Positions 35,711 through 49,584 of a stretch of 64,000 nucleotides of DNA are shown piece after piece. Numbering within the stretch: position 1 is the first letter of the stretch; every line of letters begins with the position of its first letter. The notes under the pieces were generated by a model that worked only from the letters and a program-made list of their open reading frames with translations, was not told where the DNA came from and did no database searches. The translations under genes and the position numbers were made by a program. The stretch is taken from assembly GCA_964016885.1 (NCBI GenBank), contig CAXHJY010001162.1, positions 1 to 64,000 on the forward strand, in the 5' to 3' direction. This DNA comes from Eledone cirrhosa (taxonomy: Eukaryota).

Positions 35711-35912
35711 GGGCGGTGGATTGGCAGTATTGGTAGAGGGTCGGACGCTATGCTTTGATGTATAGAGTTACGGTCCTTGCCATTCTGAGTTCAAATCCCG
35801 CCGAGGATAACTTTGCTTTTCATCCTTACAGGGTCGATAAAATAAAGTACCAGTAATGCATTGGGTTTTGCTGGCCTTGTGCCAAACGTAGAAACAATTA
35901 TTATTATTATTA
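35711..35912 (+). mobile_element. SINE family A, full length, flanked by (ATT)n
   Basis: Consensus match. Confidence 0.9.
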
Positions 35913-37819
35913 TCAAAGTGAACGCACGGGACTGTCAGATCCTCCACGAAAGAGTAATTTCTACTAGGATTACTTTGCAGCGAGTATGGGTTTCCATATT
36001 TTGCTTGACTGCTATTTTCCTACTACCGTATACATATATTTCTGACAGTGTACTTATACACAATTTTAGGTTCCCATTTACCAAACTCACAGGCAATAAA
36101 ATCGGCTAACTAGATTTTCGATTTTTCGAGCCTTAACTAACGTAGCAGAGTCCACTATACTAGCTATGTCACGTGATCTGAAAATGATATATTGTTGGCT
36201 AAACTTAACTATATTTTGGAACTAATAAAAACACTCAACATTTAAGGTTTCTTTATAGCCCTTTCTACATTCAGAAAATGTATATAAATTAAACGAAATG
36301 GTAAATACATTGGAACATCCAACTCATCTAAACGCTTCCACGTCGGATCTTCCTAAATGAAGATGAGTTACATAACATCTCCAACTGCAAAGACTAACCC
36401 CCACCTCAACGTGGTGCAGTTGCTGGAAACGCTGAGTCACCTTCCCAGTAGGCCAACGAGGGCTCTGGTGAAGATGGTAGGGCAAATCACCCGCCATTGG
36501 ATTTCTACTGATTACGGAAAAAAACAAAAACAAAAAAACATATCATCTTCACATTACGTACACGAATGTAAGCAGGCCTTATAAGCATTCACACATGGGA
36601 ACTTCACTATCAGATATAACTCAACTTATGACTATGAACTCTATAGTATTAATATATTGCTAATGAAATCATTCTCTTTCTCTTATGAACATTTCTACAT
36701 TTCTTTTGATGTTTTCCTAATATTCAGTCACATAAGCTTGTATTCTTTGATTATTAACAAATGTGTTAAAGGTAATTCTGCCTTCTTTATTAAAAACTTG
36801 ATGTTAAATCACTTGAGTTAATTGTTGTAGTAACATAGTTAAAGTAGTGATTATCGAAAATAACTTCCATTGAAATATCTACTGAAATGGTAGCCCAGAT
36901 TTCGAATCTAATGAAAATATATTATATTTTTCCAAACGATCAAATGTTTGGGAAATTATAAACACTCCATAACCAGGAAAGCAAAAAAAAAGAAGAAAAA
37001 ATGGTTATTCTTCGACATTTATTTTGTACATATTTTTTTTTTTAATATCCATTTTCCTTGGTTTAATAGCAGTACAATATGACTACCTTTGTAATAGCGA
37101 GAGCAAACGTTAACCACAACGTTTGTATTAGTGAATATATCCTCCATCAAAAATAGTTTGTAGATACAGAGAGGTTTTAAAAATGGTGATTAAAGAGACA
37201 CATTTATAAGAAGAAATAATCTCGATTTAAAAAAAAAAAAAATCATAAATTGTTGTCATATTTACAAAAATGATACGCGATGGGGCCCACCCACAGCCCC
37301 GGCGGACAGAATGGAGAAAGCGTTTCCTCGGAGGACGGCAAGGGAGACGCGCTGGAAAAGCCACTCCAACTCGCGGGGCTCACACCTGTGGATGGCCAGC
37401 TCAGCACCTATGGTGGTGAGTAAGTAGGTAGCCCTTAAAAAAAAAAAAATCGAGATAATAAATCTTCAGTAAGTCAAAAGAAGAAATAATTATAATTTGA
37501 GAATTACCAAAGAAATAAGTCAAAATTCAAATTCAAATATCAACCCCCACCAACACCAGTAACTCAATTGCTAGTTTTTTCTGAACCAAAAAAGAGATAC
37601 TAGAAGTCATAATAAACGGAGTAGAGGATGTATGTCACAAAAGAGAGTGCGTTATTGCCAGATAAATTTAAGCAGACAAGAAAACTAACATACAACTTTT
37701 TAAACAGTTTATATCTTCATATTCCCTTGAAAGATTCCTGACGGGTGTGTAGTAGGATGCAGCCTCCCTCGAAATAAACAGTGTATATGGAAGCGGATGC
37801 TTATTATTCAAAATTGAGG

Positions 37820-38012
37820 TTAAGCTCCGATACTATGGACATGCGGTTCGAATGTCTCAGGAAAGAATAGCTGGACAGATTTTACAGGTGAAACCAATCG
37901 ACAAGAGACCCAAGGGTAGACTCCGAGCAAGATAGTTGGATAACATCCATGAGCTTGGCTGATTTCGCTTGGAGACCCAGCCAACGGTTGCTTCTGACAG
38001 GACTCGCTGGAA
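37820..38012 (+). mobile_element. RTE LINE 3' fragment (same family as 23707 and 54961)
   Basis: Encodes RIAGQILQVKPIDKRPKGRLRAR; nucleotide similarity to the 3' ends of both minus-strand copies. Confidence 0.85.
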
Positions 38013-38466
38013 TAAATGGGCGAAGAGGGAGAGAAGAAAAAGAGGTTTAGGTGACAGGCAAGGTTCGTGTGATACACGTTCGGGCACAGGATGGTGTCTC
38101 AATACATGAAAACGAAAAATACGAAGGCTATAACTAGTACGACTGACACAGAGTTTAATGCATTTAGTCACATTTGCACATCAACATGGACAGGTCGTTA
38201 GAGTGGAGTTGACCTGCAACAACATATTTTGGGTAATGTCTACATATACATCCAGGTCCTGATGACCGACAAAACGACTTGGCTATTACGGAGGTAGACT
38301 GGCTATTACGGAGGTAGATTGTGGAAGTGATGAGGAAGTCTATCAGACTGGTGAAGTAGAGCAGAAAGGGTCAGTTGCTACATGTACGTGAGTACGAGCT
38401 TGGGGGATTTCTGCTCAATGTAGAAAATAGGAGTGAAACTTCAGACAGAAGCAGCGTCAGACAGAA

Positions 38467-38468
<2 letters not shown>

Positions 38469-38553
<85 letters not shown>

Positions 38554-38805
38554 GTGTGTGTGTGTGTGTGTGTGTGAAAGAGAGAGTGTGTGAGAGAGAG
38601 AAATTGATGAGTGTGTATGTATGTGTGTGTGAGTGAGTGTGTGTGAGATAGATAGAGAGAGTGTGTATAGTGTGAGTGTGTGAGAGAGGGAAAATGTGAA
38701 TGAGTGTTTGTGTGTTTGTGTGAGTCTGTGTATGTGAGTGTGTGTGTGTGAGTGAGTGTGTGCACCTGTGTGTGTGTGTGTGAGAGAGAGAAAAAGAGAG
38801 AGAAA
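38469..38805. repeat. (GA)n/(GT)n compound microsatellite
   Basis: Directly visible. Confidence 0.95.
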
Positions 38806-39828
38806 CAGTGGCCCACATTATTACTATTGCTACTGTTCTATTTTTGGTAATAGCTTCGAGGATAGTAAAATTAAAATGGAATCGATTCATACTTAATGGC
38901 AATAATACCAGATAGCCGACGAGGTAAAGCCTCGAGAACGTCTTCTTTTCCAGCATAATACTGATAATACTGTTCAGAGGTACCGAACAGCAGTTTCTTT
39001 CCATTATCTCGCGGCGATGGGTGGGGGATAGGAACTGGAGAGAAACAGGAAGCCGATAGGGATAGTATAAAAAGAAGGGACGAAAAAGGTGATCCTAGAC
39101 AAATGCTAGCTACATGCTGAAGGTCCTTAGCCAGTTATTGCCTAACAGTCTGGGGTGCATGAATTTCCCAATTGTCCAAGTAAATGGGAGCCGAATGGAA
39201 CTGCTAAATAATCTAAAAGAAAAAAATATATTGAGTTTATATTGAGTATGAACAAAGCGAATGACAGACTGTTAGTGAAAACAACAGGAACAACCTATCT
39301 AAAGCCAAGAGAATAGAGGATCTGGGAATCTCTATAGCTCAGCTAATGCCGGGAATAATCACGAGATATTTCAAGTATGCAGATGATGATCGGAGTAGAA
39401 TGGTGTCGGAGTTGTGGAGCACTCTGGTCCTACCTAAGTGAAAATTCTCACCTCTATCTGACTGGACTTCTTTTTGTGTACTCATTTTTTATCTTGTTTA
39501 ATATGTTACTTTACGTCTTTACCCCACACGCCTTATATTAATTATACATATGCTACAGTTTAAACAGTAGAAAAAACTATCGATAATAACACTGAGAACA
39601 GTTTTAGTAAATCAGTTAGCAATGACAACACTAACAGCAACATCCATATCACCATACTCTACAATAACAACAATATACCTTTGCCTTACGGGAGAAAGGA
39701 AATCTTTCTGTGTGCCACGAAAGGACCAATTAAAGAAGCTCTACCGATCTCTCGACCGGTGTGCTGTTAATCGATCACTGCAAGGGAGTGAGTGGAAGGT
39801 TTCCTGGGCTGGGGATAGTGTGAGACAT

Positions 39829-40301
39829 TGGAACGTCGGATAAAATGCTTTGCGGTATTCGATCCGGCTCTCTGCTCCCTGAGTTCAAATACCGCTGGGG
39901 TCAACTTTGTCTTTCATCATTTCTAGGACGATAAAAAAGGTACTAGTATAGTACTGGGGTACATTCTTCCTTTATATCTCTTTTCACTTCATTTCTCTCA
40001 CTCTATCCTTCTTTGTGTTCAGATCTAGGGAAGAGATGGGCTCCGACAGGCCTAAAAATGCTCAAGCAATGCCGATTATCAATATGGCGTCCCCTACGAC
40101 ACCACCAGGAGTCACTGGCCCATACATTCATACATATTTATTCTGTAGTTTTCTTTAATTTATATCAAATGTTCTCTATGTTCGTTATTTTATGACATTA
40201 CCCCTACCCTCTCTTTTTTTTATACGACTTGGTCTTGTAACTCCTGTTTATGATTTTATTGTACGTATGAAAGAGGTGTTGGTGACAAATACAGAAATCG
40301 A

Positions 40302-40356
<55 letters not shown>

Positions 40357-40866
40357 GTTGTTGTTGCTGCTGCTGATGCTGCTGCTGTTATTATTAAGGA
40401 GGCAGTGGACTGACAGGATCGTTAGAGCGTCGGAGAAAATGCTTTGTGGTATTTAATTACCGCTCTTTGCGTTCTGAGTTTAAATCCTGCCAAGGTCAAC
40501 TTTGCACTTCATCCTTCATGTGTCGACAACTATAGTCTCAGTAAAGCACTGGAGTTCATATAATCAACTTCCCCTCCTCACAAATTGCTGGTCTTCTGCC
40601 TAAATTAGAAATCATTATTATTATTGAGGGTGGTGGAAATCATTATTATTATAAGGGGGGGGGGGGGATTGGCAGTATCGGTAGAGGGTCGGACGCCATG
40701 CTTTAACGCATAGAATTACGGCCCTTGCCATTCTGAGTTCAAATCCCGCCGAGGTTAACTTTGCCTTTCATCCTTACGGGGTCGATAAAATAAAGTACCA
40801 GTAATGCACTGGGTAATCGCTGGCCTTGTGCCAAAAGCAGAAACAATTATTATTATTATTATTATT
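39829..40866 (+). mobile_element. Three SINE A-type copies (39829-40118 alternative tail; 40398-40625 long form; 40664-40866 short form)
   Basis: Consensus matches; (ACT)n microsatellite between them at ~40303-40355. Confidence 0.85.
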
Positions 40867-41599
40867 GCTTTTGAAAAATAAAATGTTTACATCTTGTCGG
40901 TAAGTATTGCAATTATTATTGAAAGTTTTCTGTTTTAGGGATTTGTTATTATTGATTTTTGTGTTCTCTTTTGTTGCTGAATCGATCAGAACCCTAAAGG
41001 TTTGGTCGATTTCTTTTGTATCTTGCCCCTGAGGGCTGAAATTTGAAATTAATTGTATTTTTGTTTTTAAAAGAAATTGATTAAAAACATGGCGTCATTT
41101 TACATATCAACTAGCAAGAGAGACGCAGTGGCAGGTGATTTAAAGAGCAACATTTCTCTCATCACTCCAAGCTTCCCCTTCACAAACATGGGTTCTCCCT
41201 CACTAACAACCAGCAATGATACTATCTCCCGTTGTAACTAGCATCACCACCATCATCACCATTAACAACAATGAAAGGTGTATGGCTGTTATTCCAACCG
41301 GCATCTACGCTATCACAGAGGAAGTAAACACATTCCCATCACAATTGCACCCACGCTAAATTGGATTGCAAATGCTTCAAAAGACAAACGAGAATTCCCC
41401 AAACGACCCACTAGCTGCATCGTGGCGCGAGACATGTTCGCGTTCTAAGATGTAGAACGAAATCAGAGGCGTTCCATAACCTACGAATGCCTTATTAGGA
41501 AAACGAAAAAGGTTGACAACTTTAGCCCCGTTGAGTAGAATTATCCCCAGAGAAAGCATGGAGCCACAATTGGCACGTTAATAAGGTAAAGAAATTCGA

Positions 41600-42050
41600 C
41601 GAAGGCTCAAAGACTCTTCATGATAGCATGTGCATAAGAGGATTATCGCCTTCTGTCATCCTATATGGGGCGACATGTCACAATATATATCTTACCCCAT
41701 ATTGACACCCAGTACATAGAGATGCTCCTGGAGGATTATAGAAAAATATCGGAGATAAAATCAACCATACTGAAGAACTGGGGAGAAGTCTGTTTGGAGC
41801 TGTAAATGTTTTTTGTCCTTTAGGCTTCTTAAGGTTCCTGGACCGCATTCAGTCAACAAGTTTAACAAGTGGATACTCAATGAGAATTTTGGTGGAGAGC
41901 AGAAAACAAGATGCTACTTGTGTGGTAGCACCGAAAATCAGAGAGATTCCCGTCTTTAAGCACGAGGTTTAAATCCTTCTTGTTGCAAGCACCACAACCA
42001 CAACAACGCCAAAAGTAGAAAAGTATAGAGAAAAGCAAAGGCGTCGTTCG
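41600..42050 (+). mobile_element. Possible decayed Tx1-like ORF1 remnant
   Basis: MRILVES followed by RCYLCGS resembles the knuckle region (LTVIVEGKRQMCVVCG) of the 29.7-kb element. Confidence 0.35.
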
Positions 42051-43814
42051 CGGTCGCATATAAATTATTCGAATACAAAGAGTTTAATGCTGTTCGGAAG
42101 AGATTTATTGAATGTTTCTGAAAGCCCACTCAATGACAACAACATCTACATTAATACTAACATTAACATTCACAGAGACACAAATATCGTCAAGCAAGAA
42201 GTCTTGTAACCTCTAACATTCAACAAATGAATATGGAGAGTTCACAGTTAAAAATGGATCAGTGGTAGTATTTTATTGAAAAGGACAGAAACGGACAAGG
42301 AGGAAGATAATCTATCTTTGTCTCACAAAAAGGGATAATTATTTTCTGTGCCTTTAAAACAAGAATTAAGGGAAGGTCTGGCAGATATATTATATTATTT
42401 ATAGAAAAGGATAACATCTATGGAACCGTCTTTCGGGACCGAGAACGAAGCTCAAAGACAAGCAAAGATAGTACGCGAAACACCCACTCATAAGCTTGTA
42501 CCACAGTACATGTGACAGTGTAATACAAAGGTGACAGTCAGAGGCATAGCAAGAGACATTGACCTCTGGGTCATTGTCGCCTTTGTATATCAATATGAGG
42601 AGGTGTATAGTACTAAAGAATAACTAATGACATACCTTCGGGCGGGGCAAGTATAGACTTGCATATCCTTATGAGCCATCAGCACCTTAGGGCCATTCCG
42701 GAGCTATGGTGACTAAGTCAAAGGCAGTAAGACTGATGGCACAGCACAGAAACTCCAGTTGTTATAGTTGTGGAATCAAAATCTATTTGAAGGCTTCCCT
42801 CCTCCCCAAGGAGATACGGAACGAAAGAACGTACAGGCTCCAAAAGATACCGCTTTAGTTGTAACGTCAGCACTAAAACCGGTTGCAGCCCCGAGAATGG
42901 CCGTTAAATCTGTCTTGCACCTTGATTCCAGAAGCAAATGTAACTGAAGCAGTCCGGAGATGGCAGAGGCGGTCATCTCAGGGTCAATCCCAAAGATAGT
43001 CGTTACTGAATTTTCCCACCCTTCCCAGTAGTACCACTTCATTCACTTGTAAGGCTGGAGACCAAATGGAGCATGAAGGTGACTGGCAGACAATGAAAAT
43101 AGTAAAAAAAATAAAATAAATAGAAGAGAAAAGGCAACAGAAAACCAACTATTTTGGAAAGTTCTTAAGAAACAGGTGAAGCACCGACAACTGTATAGAT
43201 ACAAGGTGGTCAGAACCTGCAACAATGCTTTGCTATGTCTACTAAATGATTGATAAGAGACAAATCCACCTAATATGTAGATGTGGCGAGAGTTGGGGAC
43301 TCGATATCTAGAGCGCCCTGAAGACAGACTTCTAGTTTTAATGACGAAACAATATAGGAAAGAATCAAATATTTTTAATCAGAGGATGAACTCACAGAAG
43401 AACTGCTTACGGGGGATTTTGGTGATCTCTGGAAAGTGTATAATGTGTGGTAAGTGAGCTCTAATAAAACCTAACTAATGGGTTTGATCCATGTATGTGT
43501 GTATAGCAGACCTGCCAACCCTAAAAACCCAAACGGTGAATACCATGAAAAAAAGTGCCCCCAAACAAGGCAAAATGGGAGATTTTACACAATGAAAGCT
43601 ATACCCATTTTCACAAGAGAAGACATCTCTCACCCATCCCAAAGTGTGTGCGGGGTGATGGTGATGGAGGAGGAGATCTCCCCGTCGGACGGGGAGAGTT
43701 GATAGGGCTGGTGTGGGATGTAGCCCTAAATGTTTTATATGATTTATGGTATATCATGTTTTAGTGATTATGTTTTATAATATTTGTATACTTATTTCAA
43801 GGTAGAGAAAATTG

Positions 43815-44248
43815 AATAATAGTTGTTTCTACTTTTGGCACAAGGCCAGCAAATCCCAGTACATTACTGGTACTTTATTTTATCGACCCCGTAAGGATGA
43901 AAGGCAAAGTTAACATAATAGTGAAGGCGAATTGGCAAAGTCGTGAGAACGTTTAATAGAATGATTCGCGGTACTAGTTCTGGCTTTCTGCACACTGAGA
44001 GCAAATCCCTCGGAGGTCAACTTTGCTTTTCATCCTACCGAGGTCGATAAATGTAATACCAGTCTAGTACTGGAGTTGTTTTTCCTCCTCTATATCTCTT
44101 TTTCATTTCTTCTATCCCTCGTCGTCTCTTTCTCAGGAAGAACCCGGCTGTGTTCAAACTAGGAGAAGGATCGGCTTCACCAAGTTTAAATGTCCATGAC
44201 ACGCCGTATGTCACTACGGTGCCCCTACGACATCATCAGTTGTTATGG
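43815..44248. mobile_element. SINE A fragment (-) and SINE A-related alternative-tail copy (+)
   Basis: 43815-43913 reverse core and tail; 43923-44248 similar to 8054-8380. Confidence 0.8.
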
Positions 44249-44351
44249 GCAGAAAAGGAAAATAAAAACTTCTTTTATGTTTTTTCAAATTTTAACCAGT
44301 GTATGTGTGCGCATGTGTATTGTATTTGAATGTGTCTATGCTTATATATGT

Positions 44352-44618
44352 GAAGGCGCATGGCTTAGTGGTTAGAGCAGTAGGCTTGCAATCGAAAGGT
44401 TGTGAGTTCAATTCTCGGACCGGGTGATGTGTTGTTTCCTTGAGCAAGACACTTTATTTCACGTTGCTCCAGTTTACTCAGCTGAAAATGAGTACCAGCA
44501 ATAGCTGGAGGTTTAACCCTGCGATGGACTGGCGTCCTGTCCAGGGGGAGTCTTGTACTCTCAGTCGCTTCAAGCCGGTCAAATGAGCCTTCTGGCTTAA
44601 GACAGACTTTAAACTTTT
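44352..44618 (+). mobile_element. tRNA-derived SINE family B, near full length
   Basis: A box TGGCTTAGTGG, B box GAGTTCAATTC, CCTTGAGCAAGACACTT, CTCAGCTGAAAATGAGTACC, CCCTGCGATGGACTGGCGTCCTGTCCAGGG. Confidence 0.85.
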
Positions 44619-44740
44619 ATGCCTATATATAGATTTCACTAAAACGTGTGTTAAAATTGTATGTTTATAAAAAAAACGTACACCTTTACATATTCATTTC
44701 AAACCGAGCAAAATATACGTAGGTAAGTGTTTGTGTCTTG

Positions 44741-44771
<31 letters not shown>

Positions 44772-45663
44772 GTATTATATTAATGTCCCTTCGTTTTTAT
44801 ACAACTTTGTTTTGATGAGTCATGACGTTTATTGTATTCTATATACGAGTCCTTGTGGATAATAAATTTACCGAATCATTATTGTTGTTGTTATTCTTGT
44901 CGTCGTCGTTGTCGTTCCCTTAGCTTTCTTGCGTGTTTTTACCGTACAATAGAGTGCAGTTTTTTTGTATCTTGAGTACGTGCAGGATTGCTTTGTTTTG
45001 CTTTCTTTTCTATTGTATTGAAAATACTCTATATAATAAGTGAGCAGAACTTACTAGTGCTATATATTATCTAAGTCATCGACTTGTCGTATATATATGC
45101 CTACATTGTTTGTTTTTTTTATAATTCCCAGAGCACATATTATTTATTATATAGGATTGTTTGTTTTTGATCTATATGTTCTCTACATCTGGTTTCCAAG
45201 TCTCTTTTTTAAAAATATTTTTTTCATTTCTGTCCGGAATAGATAGAAGGGCCAATAGATAGAATGAGCAAGGTGAAGACCAATAGAAACATAGTTTCTT
45301 TGGATTGATATGACGAACAGCTTTTATCTTTTCTTTCCCTTTCCTGGCAATAGTGTCGAAAGGATTGGTATACCATATATACTAGGATTAGTGGATGTAT
45401 GAGAAATCATATAAATTAGCAAATTTGCGTTTTGACAAATTAATAGTTTATATAAAAGAAATCCTACAGTTTATGTTGATGACTGACCCGCGGAAGCGAT
45501 TGAAGATAAGAATATTTTAGTCATTTATTTCTAGGAAATAATTCCATAAATGTTCAGCGCGTGCACACACACACATACACATATATACGTCGAACTCTCC
45601 TCCTTTCCATATAAAGCGTGAAACTAATAAGACTTTTTGTACCTCTATTTTGTCGTTTTCTCG

Positions 45664-45696
<33 letters not shown>

Positions 45697-45698
<2 letters not shown>

Positions 45699-45891
45699 GA
45701 AAAATTTGAACAGGGACAGAACAGAGAGGCAGTACAATAAATGTTTATTAAATTCACGCTCAGGAGAGTGGGGGGTAGATGGGGGACGACGTTTCGGGCA
45801 TAAGCCCTTCCTCAGGTGAGAAGTGTGTTGGAACAGAGTTCAAAAGGTGTGTAGGGGAGTGGTGGAGAGACATATAGCGAAAGGAAACGGT
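45697..45891 (-). repeat. Second copy of the Penelope-like pseudo-LTR with a hammerhead core (45788-45815)
   Basis: Minus strand CTGAGGA AGGGC TTAT GCCC GAAACGTC; matches 15032-15230. Confidence 0.75.
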
Positions 45892-45971
45892 CAAATGTGT
45901 ATGGCCGGAGAACGTTGACTTAATACCAGCGATCTTCGTTACTTTTATATTTCACACACACACACACACAC

Positions 45972-46033
<62 letters not shown>

Positions 46034-46762
46034 GGAGTAAAAGACGATTATTAGGAAGAAAACAATTTTTTTTCCCTTTCTTTCTCTTTTTTCTGGGTTA
46101 GAAAATGTTTAAAACAAAATATTTTACTTTGTGTGAAGTGTTAAGGTATTAGCAATTCATTTATTAATTAACAATGGCATTTATTTATTTATATATTTAA
46201 TAATTGTCTATTACCGGTTTCAGCATTTTATGCATTATCAAAGGAGGGAATTTGTATTGGTATAACATTTTGGAGAGAAGATAAGGTAATGTTGAACATG
46301 TTAGGGAAATGGGAAAGAAAGAATAATATTATTTACAAACAAGGTTTTTGAAGTAAAAAGAAAAAAGAAAAAAGGGGGTAATGTGGAACATGATAAGGTA
46401 ATGGGAAAGAATGAATAATATTATTTACAGGCATAGTTCTTGAGGATAAGCAGTTCAAAAAGTGTTATTATGGCAAGAGCGCTTGGTTGGTCCATGATGG
46501 AGGCAAATAGTAGTCTGGGGTTGGATATCTTTTCCCTTTTTAGAGAGTTAATATGCAGGGGGAGGTAATTCAGGGTGCTCGAGTAGAGGAGAGAGAGATG
46601 AGAGGGGTAATTCATTTATATAAGAAAAGGGATTAGGTAGGGTGTAACGGAGGTAACACTTTAGGGAACATAGGAATTGGGGCTTTGGTTCATTGTTCGT
46701 TCCAGTTATAGTTTAGTCCGAAGTTTAGTCCATTAAGTAGTTTGTTATTTGTTAATGAAGTT

Positions 46763-46905
46763 AGGGCGGTGGATTGGCAGTATCGGTAGAGGGTCGGACG
46801 CCATGCTTTCCAGCATAGTTACGTCCCTTTACGATCTGAGTTCAAATCCCGCCGAGGTTGACTTTGCCTTTCATCCTTACGGGATCGATAAAATAAAAGT
46901 ATTAG
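46763..46905 (+). mobile_element. SINE family A, 3'-truncated
   Basis: Consensus head and core. Confidence 0.85.
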
Positions 46906-46918
46906 TAATAGTACCAAA

Positions 46919-47038
46919 AATAGGGAGACATGATATGAAGGTTAAAACACACTTGTGAATAGTGCAGTTTTAAATCAACATAAATCAAACTGCACTATTC
47001 ACAAGTGTGTTTTAACCTTCATATCATGTCCCCCTATT
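46919..47038. repeat. Inverted repeat with ~52-bp arms
   Basis: 46919-46970 versus 46987-47038, one mismatch. Confidence 0.9.
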
Positions 47039-47105
47039 CTATCTGATGAAAACGCAAATGTTATTGCATGATGATATTTGTTTTTGAAATGCGCATAATA
47101 AAATA
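47035..47105 (+). ncRNA. Type I hammerhead ribozyme motif
   Basis: TATTCTAT CTGATGA [AAACGCAAATGTTAT..ATGATATTTGTTTTT] GAAA TGCGCA T A ATAAAATA. Confidence 0.7.
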
Positions 47106-47231
47106 CATGGAACTCTTTTAACCATCTTTTGATCTTATATATTATTATTTATACTCCAGTCCTACAAACTGTAGAGTGCTACTTATCCGATATCTGCATT
47201 GCTTTATTATACTACAATAAAAATCACCTCC

Positions 47232-47270
<39 letters not shown>

Positions 47271-47653
47271 GTGTGTATATATATATATATATATACATAC
47301 AAATAACATACAAGATTAAATATACGAGTGACTTTGGAGAAATGACTATTCATAGAGACAAATGTAGGGTTAGAACTTGTGATTGGAAAGCGAACGTCCT
47401 ATTGTAGTGATATAACTAAGATAGAACATGCATTGTGCGTATGTATATGTATGTATGCAACTAAGACCATCAATTGCGCTTACCTGTAGTTAAATACATA
47501 CAGAGAACCATAGCCATCCACGAAACCACTCGATTTCAGACACCATACCATACAATGTTTTTCCAATTGGACCCCTATCTTGCATTAAACAAACTGCTAA
47601 TGTATGTGCAAACTTTAAAGAGCTACACACACACACACAGATAGGTAGAGAGA

Positions 47654-47733
<80 letters not shown>

Positions 47734-47735
47734 TG

Positions 47736-47801
<66 letters not shown>

Positions 47802-47804
<3 letters not shown>

Positions 47805-48848
47805 GGTGCGCGATCTAGTGTTCAGGTCTTTGGGGTTCTTGGTCGTAATTGTGTGAGTTCAATTCTCCAACGACCGGGCGACGTATTGTGTCCTTCAGCT
47901 GGACAATTTATTTTCACGCGCTGCGCTACAAACAGAAGCTGGGATTTAACCCTAAACCTGCAATTTAACCCTAAATTAGTACCCCAAGGAGGTGTCCCTC
48001 GCCCGCAACAACACCTTGACGTGGCTTGCGTGAGGGAGAGAAACCTTTCGGGTGCAAACCCATGTTAAGTCACAACGGAAGAGGGACTTGTATTATTAGT
48101 TTTAAAATGGCGATGGATTGGCAGTAGCGGTAGAGGGTCCGACACCATGCTTTGACGCATAGAGTTACGGCCTTTGCTATTCTGAGTTCAAATCCCGCCG
48201 AGGTTAACTTTGCCTTTTATCCTTACCGGGGTCGATAAAATAAAGTACCAGTAATGCACTGGGTAATTGCTGGCCTTGTGCCAAAAGTAGAAACAATTAT
48301 TATTTTTAAAGGAGAGAGAGAGAGACCAGGCAGTCAAGAACAACATAATTAATGTTTTTTCCCAGACTTCCTATATTCGGCATTTGCTATTTGTTCTCTG
48401 CTTGATTATATGATCTTGGTAGTTTCTAGGAGAAATGTTTAGTGTGTAACTATCGATAGAAGAAGCAGATTGTATGTATAAGAAGGTTCAGTAGTTCAGT
48501 AGATTACCAATAACAGGAAAATGACATCAGAGAAACTGAATATGTACAGAAGACAGAAAAACTTTTTTTTAATTGTTGTTTAGTCCTGAACTAGCAGACT
48601 TATATTCAAATGTGGTCTAGCAGGACTAAACAAAACGTTGTTGTTACAGATAGCATTATTGTTGCCTGGCAGTATTGCTAGAGGGTCGGACGCCATGCTT
48701 TGACGTATAGAGTTACGGCCCTTGCCATTCTGAGTTCAAATCCTGCCAAGGTTAACTTTGCCTTTCATCCTTACGGGGTCGATAAAATAAAGTACCAGTA
48801 ATGCACTGGGTATGTGCTGGCCTTGTGCCTAACGTAGAAACAATTATT
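47802..48848 (+). mobile_element. SINE cluster (old B-like copy at 47802-48090; family A at 48108-48303 and 48666-48848)
   Basis: tRNA-like heads and consensus cores. Confidence 0.8.
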
Positions 48849-49517
48849 GTTGCCTGTTGTTGTTTTTGTTGTTGATGCAGCCACAGACGTTGTTTTTGTT
48901 TTCGAAATCAGAAGGCTGCGTTTTGAATCGTGTTTGTAAATTTTGAAGAAGATTGTGCGTTCGAAAAATTTGTTCGTTAAAGAAAGTTGTGTTTGGAGAA
49001 TGCATTATTGTTTTTCATAGAATCTGCTTTTTTTTAAAAACGTTCTTTTTTTTTAGAAAGTTTATTTTCATGTATGTATGTTTTCTTATATTATCGGAAA
49101 GTTGCATCAGAAAATACATAAGAAGTGAATGTTCTTTTTTTTTTTATCGATATCAGAAGGTTGCTTACGTTCGAAACGTCAGGTTCATCAATTATAGCAG
49201 GTCCTATTCTATACTAAGATGGATAGTGATGTTGTGGTGTTGATTCGGTTGTGTGTACTCACTTGTGGATTGCTCAGTAGTGTGGTCACTGATGTGTAGA
49301 GTGTAGGTGAAGGAAAATTGATGTGCCTGATACAGTGTGACCAGAGATTGCGGATGTGGAAGTAAGTGAGTGGCAGTGTTCATTATGATGATTCATGATG
49401 TGATGATTCTTTGGGTAAGGTATGCATGTTTGTTTGAAAAGGTATTATTAAAATTGTGTTTACCAAACTTCTGTTGATGGAATGAATTTCGCTGGCCTAG
49501 CTGAGATAGATAGATAC

Positions 49518-49584
<67 letters not shown>

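Noticed and set aside
36320-36510. GC-richer island as an HDV-like ribozyme or LINE 5' UTR
   Set aside because: Could not build the nested double pseudoknot by eye
37735-37795. Possible hammerhead CTGACGG..GAAATAAACAGTGTATA
   Set aside because: Core mismatch and poor stems
38259-38320. CTGATGA and GTGATGA motifs as a hammerhead or C/D snoRNA
   Set aside because: No GAAA or stems, and no terminal stem with a D box; only a 20-bp tandem duplication nearby
39050-39440. RT remnant (MNKANDRL, FKYADDD)
   Set aside because: Suggestive of an old LINE but too degraded to assign
44352-44425. tRNA gene
   Set aside because: A and B boxes run into a SINE body; no clean cloverleaf or terminator; the same holds for family A heads
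46205-46250. Hammerhead on the minus strand (TTGATAA TGCAT AAA ATGCT GAAACCGGTA)
   Set aside because: Two core mutations and no stem I; probably a decayed copy, not counted
47946-47975. Telomere-like TAACCCTAA motifs
   Set aside because: Only two isolated copies inside an old SINE
49168-49185. GTTCGAAACGTCAGG hammerhead half
   Set aside because: No CUGANGA upstream and no partner arm; too short to support
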